A DNA stretch of 13,559 nucleotides from a bacterium (GCA_963635575.1 CAVHFU010000009.1:8689-22247), one strand, 5' to 3'; shown: positions 1 through 8,173, numbered from the stretch's first letter. The notes: generated by a model from the letters alone, not told the origin. Made by a program: numbers and translations.

Positions 1-3000
1 TTATCTTATGAGTTGCAATGAATTTAATGAATCCCATAAAGTCCGGCATTACTACTTCTGCGCCGTCCTCTTCAAGCTTCTCAGCAACATTGTTATTTCC
101 AAAAGGATGATACTTAATTAAAACTTCGCCAACAATTCCAACCTTAGGTTTAACCACCGAAGTATCAAACTTTATCTTTTCAAAATCAGCCACCATATCA
201 ACAATTCCTTGTTTATATTGTTTTATGCTTGATTTTGTCAAAAGTTTCTTAGATTTTTCCATCCACTTTTCAAATAATGCTTGTGTCTCTCCCTTATTTA
301 CCTCATACGTCCTATTCTTCATTAACATCTTTTGAAGCAAATCAGCATATATTATAGCTCTTAGTAATTTACTTACCATACTAAAAGTAATCTTAAATCC
401 GGGATTCTTTTCCAGTCCAACTATATTAAATGATATTACCGGAATATTGCTATAACCGGCATCTTTTAACGCTTTTCTGATAAATCCTATATAATTTGTT
501 GCACGACACCCGCCACCGGTTTGTGACATTATAAGGGCAGTTTTATCCAAATCATATTCTCCTGAATCAAGTGCTTCTATCATTTGACCGGTTGTTAAAA
601 TAGAAGGATAACAAGCATCATTATTAACATATTTAAGTCCTGTCTCAACAGTTTTCATTGTACAATTTTTTAATAGCTTTGCATTATAGCCTTCTGACTT
701 TAATACGCCCTCTAAAAGTCCGAAATGAATAGGAGCCATTTGTGGAACTAGAATTGTATAGTTCTTTCTCATTTCTTCTGTAAATATCTTTTTATCTATC
801 TCATAATTACCTGCATTTTCTTTACTGTATGGTAACCCTTTACGCTTATTCATACTTGCAAGAAGTGAACGAATTCTTATTCTAACTGCACCTAAGTTAT
901 TTACCTCATCAATTTTTATTAAGGTATATAACTTTCCGTAACTTGACAATATTTCTTCTACTTGGTCTGTTGTTACTGCATCTACACCACATCCGAAAGA
1001 ATTTAATTGAACAAGTTCAAGTCCGTCAGTTTTCCCAACAAAATTAGCAGCCGCATAAAGTCTCGCGTGATATACCCATTGGTCTACTACTCTTATTGGT
1101 CTCTTTACCTCTGCCAAATCAGAAATAGAATCTTCAGATAAGACACATAAATTTAATCCGGTAATTAGTGTATCTATACCATGGTTAATTTCAGGATCTA
1201 CATGATAAGGTCTACCCGCTAAAACAATGCCACGTACCTTATTTTTCTTCATATAGCTTAATGCTTCTCTTCCCTTCTTTCTTATATCGTTCTTACACTT
1301 TTGATATTCTGCTTCTGCAAGTTTAGCAGCCTTGGTTAATTCTTTCTTAGTAAATTTATATTCAGCAAATTCCGGCAATTCCATAATTACACTAACTAAA
1401 TTCTTTACATCGAAAGGGAGGAAAGAATTTATAAATTTAATATCTTTAAGCTCCTCCACATTATTCTTCAAAACTTCCGGATAAGAAATAACGATAGGAC
1501 AATTATACTTATTATCCGCCTTTTCAAATTCTTTTCTTGAATATGGAATACAAGGATAGAATATAGTCTTTATTCCCGCATTAATTAAACTCATAACATG
1601 ACCATGTGTAAGTTTAGCAGGATAGCATACTGACTCGGACGGCATAGATTCCATACCTTTTTCATAAGTTTTTCTGCTACTTTTCTCAGAGAGAATAACT
1701 CTAAATCCTAAATTTGTAAGGAAAGTAAACCAGAAAGGATAATCTTCATACATATTTAGGACCCTAGGTATTCCTATAACCCCTCTTTTAGCTTCGCTCT
1801 CATCAAGCGGAGTATATCCAAAAATTCTTTCATTCTTATATTTATATAAATTAGGCAAATCATTTTTAGATATGCCTTTTCCGCTTCCACGTTCACATCT
1901 GTTACCCGAAATAAATCTCTCGCCATTTGAGAATTTATTTATTGTAAGCATACAGTTGTTTTCACAACCTTTGCACCTTGTAAATTCAACCTTTATTTCT
2001 AGGCTTTCTAATTCGCCAACGCTAAGAAGAGTTGTTTTTACATTCTTATTTTTTGACTTGTCGTAATTCTCTTTAGCTATAAGAGCCATACCATATGCTC
2101 CCATAAGCCCGGCAATATCCGGTCTTATTACATTTTTTCCTGTTATAATTTCAAATGCCCTTAAAACAGCATCATTATAGAAAGTACCACCTTGTACAAC
2201 AATATTTTCTCCTAGCGTACTAATGTCTCTTATCTTCATTACCTTTTGAATAGCATTTTTTATAACTGAATAAGAAAGCCCCGCAGAAATATCTCCAACA
2301 GTATATCCCTCTTTTTGTGCCTGTTTAATCTTAGAATTCATAAAAACAGTACAACGGGAACCTAAGTCAACCGGTCTTTTTGACTTTAAGGCTTCCTCAA
2401 CAAACTTATCCATTGTAAGATTTAAGCTCTTTGCAAATGTTTCTAAGAAAGAACCACATCCTGAAGAACATGCTTCGTTTAACATTATATTGTTAATTGT
2501 TCCGTTCTTTATTTTTATATACTTCATATCTTGACCGCCAATATCAACAATGCTGTCAACTTTAGGCATAAAACGACTTGCAGCTGTATAGTGTGCAATC
2601 GTTTCTATTTCGTTCTCTTCTACATTTAATGCAGCTTTTATTAATTGTTCACCGTAACCGGTTACTCCACATCTTTTAATATTAACTTTTTGTGGAAGAA
2701 TTTTATATACTTCCTTTATCATCTCAATAACACTTTGTAGTGGCTTGCCCTCATTTCCTTTATACGCCGAATAGAGTAGTCTGCCTTTATCATCTGTTAA
2801 TACAAGTTTACTTGTTGTTGAACCTGCATCAATTCCTAAAAAACAATTACCTTTGTATTCTTTTAAATTAGCCTTTGACACTTCATTTTTCTTATGACGA
2901 GCTAAAAATTCCCCATACTCTTTTTCATTTTCAAATAATGGATTTAATGGTTCAGTCATATCATCTTGAATGTTACTTAGCATACTTAATCTGTTGCGTA

Positions 3001-3802
3001 ATATTTCAGGAGTAATTGGCTGATGATTAATAGAATCAAGTGCTGCTCCCTTTGCAACAAGCAAATGTGCATTCTCCGGTGAAATTACATTTTCATCCTT
3101 TAGATTTAATGTTTCTATAAATCTCTTTTTAAGTTCAGATAAATAGTTAAGTGGTCCACCCAAAAACGCAATGTTTCCTCTAATAGGTCTGCCACACGCT
3201 AATCCACTTATAGTTTGGTTTACAACTGCTTGGAAAATAGACACAGCAATGTCTTCTTTAGCTGCGCCCTCGTTTAACAACGGCTGTACATCTGATTTCG
3301 CAAAAACTCCACATCTTGAAGCTATCGGGTAAATTAGTTTATAATTCTTAGCAAGTTCATTTAAACCGATTGTATCTGTGTTTAGTAACAAAGCCATTTG
3401 GTCTAAAAATGCACCTGTTCCACCGGCACATGTTCCATTCATTCTTTGCTCTATTGATTTATCAAAGTAAATTATCTTAGCGTCTTCTCCGCCAAGCTCT
3501 ATTACTACGTCAGTAGTTGGCATATCTTTTTCTACCACACGTTTGCAAGAAATCACTTCTTGTATAAATGGTAATTTTAAAGCTTTAGAAATAAACATTG
3601 CACCTGAACCGGTAAGGGTTATTGTATAATTAAAATCCCCATATTCAGCAAGCAACTTATTTAGAGCATTATATACAGTATTTTTTGTATCTGAGAAATG
3701 CCTTTCATACGAAGAAAATATTATATTTTCGTTTTCATCTAAACAAACTATTTTTAAGGTAGTAGAGCCAATATCCATACCTATGTGTAACAATTTATCC
3801 AT
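1..3802 (-). CDS. Large (>1267 aa, C-terminus cut by window edge) acyl-CoA dehydratase activase-related fusion protein: two tandem BcrA/BadF/BadG/HgdC-type actin-fold ATPase domains, a Cys cluster, and a DUF2229/HgdB-like region
   Basis: Not in the ORF track because no stop lies inside the window. Hand translation from ATG at 3802..3800 gives MDKLLHIGMDIGSTTLKIVCLDENENI.... A second phosphate-1 motif, CFLGIDAGSTTSKLVL, lies near 2830. CKGCENNC...GNRCERG is at 1895..1975, GRPYHVDPEINHGI near 1200, and PKVGIVGEVLIKYHPFGNNN near 110. I spot-checked the frame at five places (3802, 2880, 2100, 960, 1) and found no stops. RBS GAGGT sits 6 nt upstream of the ATG. The tta at 1..3 is out of frame, so it is not the stop. 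Confidence 0.8.
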   Translation of the reverse strand, partial: MDKLLHIGMDIGSTTLKIVCLDENENIIFSSYERHFSDTKNTVYNALNKLLAEYGDFNYTITLTGSGAMFISKALKLPFIQEVISCKRVVEKDMPTTDVVIELGGEDAKIIYFDKSIEQRMNGTCAGGTGAFLDQMALLLNTDTIGLNELAKNYKLIYPIASRCGVFAKSDVQPLLNEGAAKEDIAVSIFQAVVNQTISGLACGRPIRGNIAFLGGPLNYLSELKKRFIETLNLKDENVISPENAHLLVAKGAALDSINHQPITPEILRNRLSMLSNIQDDMTEPLNPLFENEKEYGEFLARHKKNEVSKANLKEYKGNCFLGIDAGSTTSKLVLTDDKGRLLYSAYKGNEGKPLQSVIEMIKEVYKILPQKVNIKRCGVTGYGEQLIKAALNVEENEIETIAHYTAASRFMPKVDSIVDIGGQDMKYIKIKNGTINNIMLNEACSSGCGSFLETFAKSLNLTMDKFVEEALKSKRPVDLGSRCTVFMNSKIKQAQKEGYTVGDISAGLSYSVIKNAIQKVMKIRDISTLGENIVVQGGTFYNDAVLRAFEIITGKNVIRPDIAGLMGAYGMALIAKENYDKSKNKNVKTTLLSVGELESLEIKVEFTRCKGCENNCMLTINKFSNGERFISGNRCERGSGKGISKNDLPNLYKYKNERIFGYTPLDESEAKRGVIGIPRVLNMYEDYPFWFTFLTNLGFRVILSEKSSRKTYEKGMESMPSESVCYPAKLTHGHVMSLINAGIKTIFYPCIPYSRKEFEKADNKYNCPIVISYPEVLKNNVEELKDIKFINSFLPFDVKNLVSVIMELPEFAEYKFTKKELTKAAKLAEAEYQKCKNDIRKKGREALSYMKKNKVRGIVLAGRPYHVDPEINHGIDTLITGLNLCVLSEDSISDLAEVKRPIRVVDQWVYHARLYAAANFVGKTDGLELVQLNSFGCGVDAVTTDQVEEILSSYGKLYTLIKIDEVNNLGAVRIRIRSLLASMNKRKGLPYSKENAGNYEIDKKIFTEEMRKNYTILVPQMAPIHFGLLEGVLKSEGYNAKLLKNCTMKTVETGLKYVNNDACYPSILTTGQMIEALDSGEYDLDKTALIMSQTGGGCRATNYIGFIRKALKDAGYSNIPVISFNIVGLEKNPGFKITFSMVSKLLRAIIYADLLQKMLMKNRTYEVNKGETQALFEKWMEKSKKLLTKSSIKQYKQGIVDMVADFEKIKFDTSVVKPKVGIVGEVLIKYHPFGNNNVAEKLEEDGAEVVMPDFMGFIKFIATHKI

Positions 3803-3841
3803 TATCTTACCTCATTTTTCGACATAATTTTTATCAGTCTT

Positions 3842-3870
3842 ATATTAACACAAAACTTTTTCTATCGCAA
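3842..3870 (-). promoter_or_regulatory. Candidate sigma-A promoter for the large activase-fusion gene
   Basis: Minus strand reads TTGCGA (3870..3865), a 17-nt spacer, then TAATAT (3847..3842), with TGt immediately upstream of the -10 (extended -10). It lies downstream of the 3905..3927 terminator and about 40 nt upstream of the start codon. Confidence 0.45.
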
Positions 3871-3904
3871 GAACTATAGTCCATATTGAAAAAAATACAT
3901 AAAT

Positions 3905-3927
3905 AAAAAAAGTGGACTAAAGTCCAC
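3905..3927 (-). terminator. Rho-independent terminator (minus strand) ending the structured intergenic element
   Basis: Minus strand reads GTGGAC-TTTA-GTCCAC followed by TTTTTTT (plus-strand A-run 3905..3911). The plus-strand reading has no U-tail after the hairpin. Confidence 0.6.
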
Positions 3928-4090
3928 GCTATGTTGACCTTCGGTCAACAACATTAATGAACTTTTTTTGTTTTCTGTCGGTCGTTCAAGCTACTAATTA
4001 AAATTTTTAACGCTGATTTCATCAGCTAAATTTTAATTAGACTGGGTTTGTGCTAAGTTAAATTTTCAACTCATAGCTCGAACTTTCCTA
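3905..4090 (-). ncRNA. Candidate stand-alone structured ncRNA of unknown class: three-way junction plus two 3' hairpins, the last being a terminator
   Basis: P1 pairs 4083..4074 (GUUCGAGCUA) with 3993..3984 (UAGCUUGAAC). P2 is a hairpin at 4071..4056. P3 is a perfect 13-bp stem, 4040..4028 with 4006..3994, capped by hairpin GCUGAU-GAA-AUCAGC (4026..4012). Next come GUUGACC-GAA-GGUCAAC (3949..3933) and the terminator. The imperfect positions in P1 and P2 are G.U on the minus transcript but A.C on the plus transcript, which favours the minus strand. No ORF longer than about 8 codons is present. I could not identify a convincing promoter. Confidence 0.4.
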
Positions 4091-4091
4091 G

Positions 4092-4123
4092 AAAATAAGA
4101 AAAAATGAGTGGTTTTCACTCAT
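4092..4123 (-). terminator. Rho-independent terminator of the ABC-3 permease gene / nrdDG transcription unit
   Basis: Minus strand reads ATGAGTG-AAAAC-CACTCAT followed by TTTTTCTTATTTT, beginning 8 nt after the stop codon at 4131..4133. Confidence 0.75.
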
Positions 4124-4130
4124 TTTCCCA

Positions 4131-4967
4131 TTAAATAAATTTTGAAACAAATAAACTAATAGAAAAGAATACTGCCGAAACCATTACAATAGATGCACCG
4201 GCAGCTGTTTCCATGTAATACGAACCTATTAATCCAATTAAGCAGGAAACTAGTGAAAATACTACTGAAAGCACTGTATATTGTCTTATATTTTTTGATA
4301 TATTCCTAGCAGTTGCAGCAGGTAAAATAAGTAATGAATTTATTATTAAGATTCCAACCCATTTTATAGAAATCATTACAACCACAGCAAGTATCAATAT
4401 AAACACTAATTTTAATACGTCAGCATTTACTCTTCTGCTCTTTGCAATAGATGCATTAACACCTGATAACACTAACTTATTAAACAATATGCTCCATGCA
4501 ATAAGTGTAACAACAAAAGTAATTGCCAAAAGTATTATCTCATTCTCCGTAATGCTTAAAATATCACCTATTAAATAATTTGAATACTTGTTAAAGTTTC
4601 CACCTTTAGAAAGTAATACTAATCCCAAAGCTACCGCCGTCGAAGAAAATACACCTATTACCGTGTCGGTAGATATGGTCTTACGCTTCTCTATAAGCCA
4701 AATGCAAACTGACATAATCATTGCAAAAAATATCATAGAGTAAATCGTGTCAGACACACCTAAAATTACTCCAATTCCTATTCCGGTCAATGCAGAATGT
4801 CCCAAAGCTTCCGAGAAAAAAGCCAATTTGTTATTTACAACCATACTTCCTAAAAAGCCAAAAAGTAATCCTATAAGAATAGTAGCTAAAAAAGCGTTTT
4901 TCATGAAATCATATTCAAGCCATTCAAATGGCATAAATTTATCTAAAAACCAATATATATTTTGCAT
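4131..4967 (-). CDS. ABC-3 family (ZnuB/MntB/TroCD-like) metal-ion ABC transporter permease
   Basis: The 278-aa protein is strongly hydrophobic with multiple TM segments. It carries the family-typical motif FFSEALGHSALTGIGIG (compare GDAxSHAxLPG in Znu/Mnt permeases). RBS GGAGAAGG lies upstream of the ATG. Confidence 0.85.
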   Translation of the reverse strand: MQNIYWFLDKFMPFEWLEYDFMKNAFLATILIGLLFGFLGSMVVNNKLAFFSEALGHSALTGIGIGVILGVSDTIYSMIFFAMIMSVCIWLIEKRKTISTDTVIGVFSSTAVALGLVLLSKGGNFNKYSNYLIGDILSITENEIILLAITFVVTLIAWSILFNKLVLSGVNASIAKSRRVNADVLKLVFILILAVVVMISIKWVGILIINSLLILPAATARNISKNIRQYTVLSVVFSLVSCLIGLIGSYYMETAAGASIVMVSAVFFSISLFVSKFI

Positions 4968-5000
4968 ACAAAACCTTCTCCACTAAAAATTAACATTTTA

Positions 5001-5029
5001 AGTGTACCACGTTTTTACATATTTTTCAA
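5001..5029 (-). promoter_or_regulatory. Candidate internal promoter for the permease gene
   Basis: Minus strand reads TTGAAA (5029..5024), a 17-nt spacer, then TACACT (5006..5001), preceded by TGg (extended -10). There is no terminator between nrdG and the permease, so read-through from nrdDG is also likely. Confidence 0.35.
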
Positions 5030-5040
5030 GGTTAATACGA

Positions 5041-5739
5041 CTAAAAACTGCTTATCCCTCTTACTCCACAAGCGCCAATGTTTTGACGCACAAAATTTGC
5101 CGTACTTAGTACATATGCATCTTTGTGTGGCATAAAGTTGTGATATTGCGGATCATTTGTAACTGTATTTCTAAATTGCTGTAAATAATACTTGCTGTCT
5201 TTTCCCACAAATTTTTCTGTTATTTCGTTAATATCGTTACTATCTAATGTAGGCAAATATGTTGTCCTAAATTCATGCTTAATCCCGCTTGTTTTTAATA
5301 CCTTTATCGTTTGCTTTATTAATTCTAAATTAACATTACATCTTGTAACTTCATTATACTTTTTAGGTGATGCTTTTAAATCCATCGCCACATAATCAAT
5401 AAGTTTTTCATCTATCAATTCTTTTACAACAAACGGATTGGTGCCGTTTGTATCCAATTTTACTTTATATCCCAAAGCTTTAATTTCCTTAATAAAATCC
5501 TTTAAATCTTTATTACACGTCGGTTCTCCACCGCTTATGCATACCGCATCTAGCATATCTTTGCGTAATCTTAAGTATTCCATTACTTCCTCTTTTTCTA
5601 CATAGTTTCCATTCCCAGATATTAAAGAAGGATTATGGCAATACCCACAATTAAAATTACACCCAACCAAGAAAATTGCGCATGCTAATTCTCCAGGATA
5701 ATCTACCGTTGAAAGTTTTTCGTAACCACCTATACGCAT
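5041..5739 (-). CDS. nrdG: Anaerobic ribonucleoside-triphosphate reductase activating protein (radical SAM, NrdG2-type)
   Basis: The 232-aa protein has the N-terminal STVDYPGELACAIFLVGCNFNCGYCHNP motif (CxxxCxxC radical-SAM cluster) and GGEPT. It lies directly downstream of nrdD. RBS GGGGG is upstream. Confidence 0.85.
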   Translation of the reverse strand: MRIGGYEKLSTVDYPGELACAIFLVGCNFNCGYCHNPSLISGNGNYVEKEEVMEYLRLRKDMLDAVCISGGEPTCNKDLKDFIKEIKALGYKVKLDTNGTNPFVVKELIDEKLIDYVAMDLKASPKKYNEVTRCNVNLELIKQTIKVLKTSGIKHEFRTTYLPTLDSNDINEITEKFVGKDSKYYLQQFRNTVTNDPQYHNFMPHKDAYVLSTANFVRQNIGACGVRGISSF

Positions 5740-5770
5740 TTTCTCGCCCCCTAAAGTATTTTATTGATTG

Positions 5771-7903
5771 CTATAAAACTGTATCAGACACTTCACAATC
5801 TGTTAAATCTTCTAATTGCTCTGTCCTTACCACATATTTTTTTCTTTCGCTATATTCTTTTTGCTTTCCAACATGGAAATTATTAACCGGACGAATAAAG
5901 CCAACTACTCTTGACCATATTTCAGTTTCCGCATTACATGTTGGACAATTATGTACTTCGCCCTTAATGTATCCGTGTTCAGGGCATACACTAAATGTAG
6001 GTGTAATTGATATGTATGGTAATTTGTGCGTTCCTAAAGCTTTCCTTATAAGCTTCTTGGCTACTGTTGTATCCTCGATACTTTGACCTAAGTATAAATG
6101 AAGTACCGTTCCACCTGTATATGTGCATTGTAAATCGTCTTGTAAATCCAGTGTCTTGAATATATCATCTGTAAACTTAACAGGTAATTGAGTTGAATTC
6201 GTGTAATATGGGGTCTCATCTCCGGCAGTAATAATTTCCTCTCCATACTTTTCTCTATCAATTTTAGCAAGTCTATACGAAACTCCTTCAGCCGGAGTTG
6301 CTTCCAAGTTATATACATGACCCGTTTCTTCTTGGTAAGTCGTAATTATATCTCTTAGATAATTCATAACGTCTAGTGCAATCTTTTGACCTTCCTCAGT
6401 AGTTAAATCTTTTCCTATTAAGTTGAGTAATGCTTCATTCATACCAATAACACCAATTGTGCTAAAATGGTTGTGCCAATAATCTCCGAATCTTTCCTTG
6501 GCATTTTTTAAATATCTCGCACAATAAGGATATAATCCCTTATCTGTTTCTTCTTCTACGATTTTTCTCTTAATCTCTAAGGATTGTTTTGCTTTATCTG
6601 CAACTTGTTTAATCATAGTTTTAAATTCATCAACATCTTTTGCTAAGAATCCTAAGCGTGGCAAATTAATTGTAACAACACCGATAGAACCTGTAAGTGG
6701 GTTAGAACCAAATAGTCCTCCTCCTCTTTTTCTAAGTTCTTTTAAATTAAGTCTTAATCTACAACACATTGAAAGTGCATCGTCCGGAGATAAATCCGAA
6801 TTAATATAGTTTGCAAAATATGGTGTTCCGTACTTGCAAGTGATTTTCATATAATCCTCTACCACTTCTGAATCCCAATCTAATTCCTTAGTAACATTTA
6901 TTGTAGGAATTGGGAAAGTAAATGTTCTTCCGTGAGCATCCCCCTCATACATAACTTCACAGAAAGCTTTGTTTATCATATCACTTTCCTTTTGGAATTC
7001 GCCATACGTCTTGTCCATATATTGACCACCTATTATAACCGGCTCGTGTTTTAAGTTCTCAGGAACTGTAATGTTCATTGTTAAATTTGAAAATGGACAT
7101 TGAAAGCCAACTCTTGTAGGCACATTCATATTAAATAAAAACTCTTGAATCGCTTGTTTTACTTGAGGATATTCCAATTTATCATAGTATACAAATGGTG
7201 CACAAAACGTATCAAACCCGGACCAAGCCTGAGCCCCAGCGGTTTCGCCTTGAGTTGTAAATGTTGAATTTACAATTTGGCCTAAAAATGACCTTAGATG
7301 TTTCGCAGGTTTACTATCCACTTTACCAGGCACTCCGCCAAATCCTTCTGTAAGTAGTTGTCTTAAATCCCATCCGGCACAATATGCACCAAAGAAACCT
7401 AAATCATGCAAATGCATTTCGCCACTTTCATGTGCCTTTCTTATGTTTTCAGGATAAACTTCGTTAAGCCAATACATTTTTGTAAAAGCTTCTCTTACAT
7501 AATTGTTTAATCCATTTATACTCTTTTGCATATTAGAATTTTCTTTAATGAGCCAGTCTTTATCCCCTAAGTATTTTCCGAACATATCAATTGTTCCGCC
7601 AATTAACGCATTCGTTTCTCTAGCTCCCTTACGCTTTTCTCTATATAAAATATATGCTTTTGCAGTCTTTGCATGGCCATTTTCAATTAAAACCTTTTCT
7701 ACTGTGTCTTGAACTGTTTCTACATCAGGAATACCTGTTGCAAATTGTTTTTCTATAATAGCCATTACTTCATTAGATAACGCCTCTGCCTTAGCATAGT
7801 CCTCTCCACCACACGCATGAGCTGCTTTAAAAATAGCTCTTGTAATCTTTTCTTGATAAAAATCTACAATTTCGCCATTTCTTTTTCTTATCTTTGTTAC
7901 CAT
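5771..7903 (-). CDS. nrdD: Class III anaerobic ribonucleoside-triphosphate reductase
   Basis: The 710-aa protein has an N-terminal ATP-cone (VTKIRKRNGEIVDFYQEKITRAIFKAA). The C-terminus carries the Zn site CPEHG...CPTC followed by the glycyl-radical motif SRVVGF. RBS GGAGG lies 7 nt upstream of the ATG at 7903. Confidence 0.95.
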   Translation of the reverse strand: MVTKIRKRNGEIVDFYQEKITRAIFKAAHACGGEDYAKAEALSNEVMAIIEKQFATGIPDVETVQDTVEKVLIENGHAKTAKAYILYREKRKGARETNALIGGTIDMFGKYLGDKDWLIKENSNMQKSINGLNNYVREAFTKMYWLNEVYPENIRKAHESGEMHLHDLGFFGAYCAGWDLRQLLTEGFGGVPGKVDSKPAKHLRSFLGQIVNSTFTTQGETAGAQAWSGFDTFCAPFVYYDKLEYPQVKQAIQEFLFNMNVPTRVGFQCPFSNLTMNITVPENLKHEPVIIGGQYMDKTYGEFQKESDMINKAFCEVMYEGDAHGRTFTFPIPTINVTKELDWDSEVVEDYMKITCKYGTPYFANYINSDLSPDDALSMCCRLRLNLKELRKRGGGLFGSNPLTGSIGVVTINLPRLGFLAKDVDEFKTMIKQVADKAKQSLEIKRKIVEEETDKGLYPYCARYLKNAKERFGDYWHNHFSTIGVIGMNEALLNLIGKDLTTEEGQKIALDVMNYLRDIITTYQEETGHVYNLEATPAEGVSYRLAKIDREKYGEEIITAGDETPYYTNSTQLPVKFTDDIFKTLDLQDDLQCTYTGGTVLHLYLGQSIEDTTVAKKLIRKALGTHKLPYISITPTFSVCPEHGYIKGEVHNCPTCNAETEIWSRVVGFIRPVNNFHVGKQKEYSERKKYVVRTEQLEDLTDCEVSDTVL

Positions 7904-7953
7904 TTAAAAACCTCCTCTGTATAATTTACAAGCATTTTTTATTTACCAACACC

Positions 7954-7981
7954 ATTATACTTATCGGCATTCAAAACACAA
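7954..7981 (-). promoter_or_regulatory. Candidate nrdD promoter overlapping NrdR box 1
   Basis: Minus strand reads TTGTGT (7981..7976), a 16-nt spacer, then TATAAT (7959..7954). An alternative distal candidate is TTGTCA (8066..8061), a 17-nt spacer, then TATATT (8043..8038). I cannot choose between them from sequence alone. Confidence 0.35.
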
Positions 7982-7991
7982 TATTTAGTGT
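7976..7991. promoter_or_regulatory. NrdR box 1 (proximal)
   Basis: ACACAATATTTAGTGT matches the 16-bp palindromic NrdR-box consensus acaCwAtATaTwGtgt at 15 of 16 positions. Confidence 0.7.
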
Positions 7992-8007
7992 TTGCCAAAA
8001 ACTTATA

Positions 8008-8023
8008 TAACAATATCTTGCGT
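8008..8023. promoter_or_regulatory. NrdR box 2 (distal)
   Basis: TAACAATATCTTGCGT conserves the core CAATATCTTG. Its start is exactly 32 bp from the box 1 start, the tandem spacing typical of NrdR operators. Confidence 0.6.
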
Positions 8024-8173
8024 TTTTGTGTATTTTAAATATATAGTTTTGCATATCACATGACAAGTTTTAAATATCTTATTTTCTCTTATTTTCTCGT
8101 TTTTTCTTCCATATTCATTATTTAGGTCTAAAGCACCATTTATCTCGGTTTACAGTAGTGGCCTTATTGCAAA

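Noticed and set aside
1-3. tta at the window start as the stop codon of the large ORF
   Set aside because: It is out of frame: codons of the 3802-start frame occupy 2..4, 5..7 and so on. The gene is therefore truncated by the window, not terminated.
1872-2066. 64-aa plus-strand ORF from the track
   Set aside because: It lies entirely antisense to the continuous, motif-rich minus-strand frame of the large activase-fusion gene. Its product is F/L/S-rich, which is typical of the antisense of K/E/N-rich coding sequence, and it has no RBS.
3931-3957. Tiny plus-strand ORF ATG TTG ACC TTC GGT CAA CAA CAT TAA (8 aa) inside the structured element
   Set aside because: It coincides exactly with a hairpin, has no RBS, and lies on the strand disfavoured by the wobble-pair evidence.
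4747-4986. Other short plus-strand track ORFs (4747..4986, 5192..5395, 7503..7712, 9310..9546, 11310..11624, 12199..12543, 12471..12662, 12807..13046, 13230..13475) and the minus-strand ORF 6088..6318
   Set aside because: All are embedded in, or out of frame with, well-supported genes. None has a recognisable motif or a ribosome-binding site.
5031-5045. Possible Zur/metal-repressor box (GTTAATACGAC resembles a TCGTAAT/ATTACGA half-site) upstream of the permease
   Set aside because: Only one half-site-like segment is present, with no matching inverted partner at the correct spacing. It also overlaps the nrdG stop codon.
5676-6086. 136-aa plus-strand ORF overlapping the nrdG start and the nrdD 3' end
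   Set aside because: It is antisense to two strongly supported genes and crosses their intergenic RBS region. Its composition is low-complexity and hydrophobic, and I recognise no motif.
8078-8097. Perfect 10-bp tandem duplication cttattttct x2 upstream of the nrdD regulatory region
   Set aside because: There are only two copies of a T-rich decamer in AT-rich intergenic DNA. Slippage or chance explains it, and there is no link to a known site.
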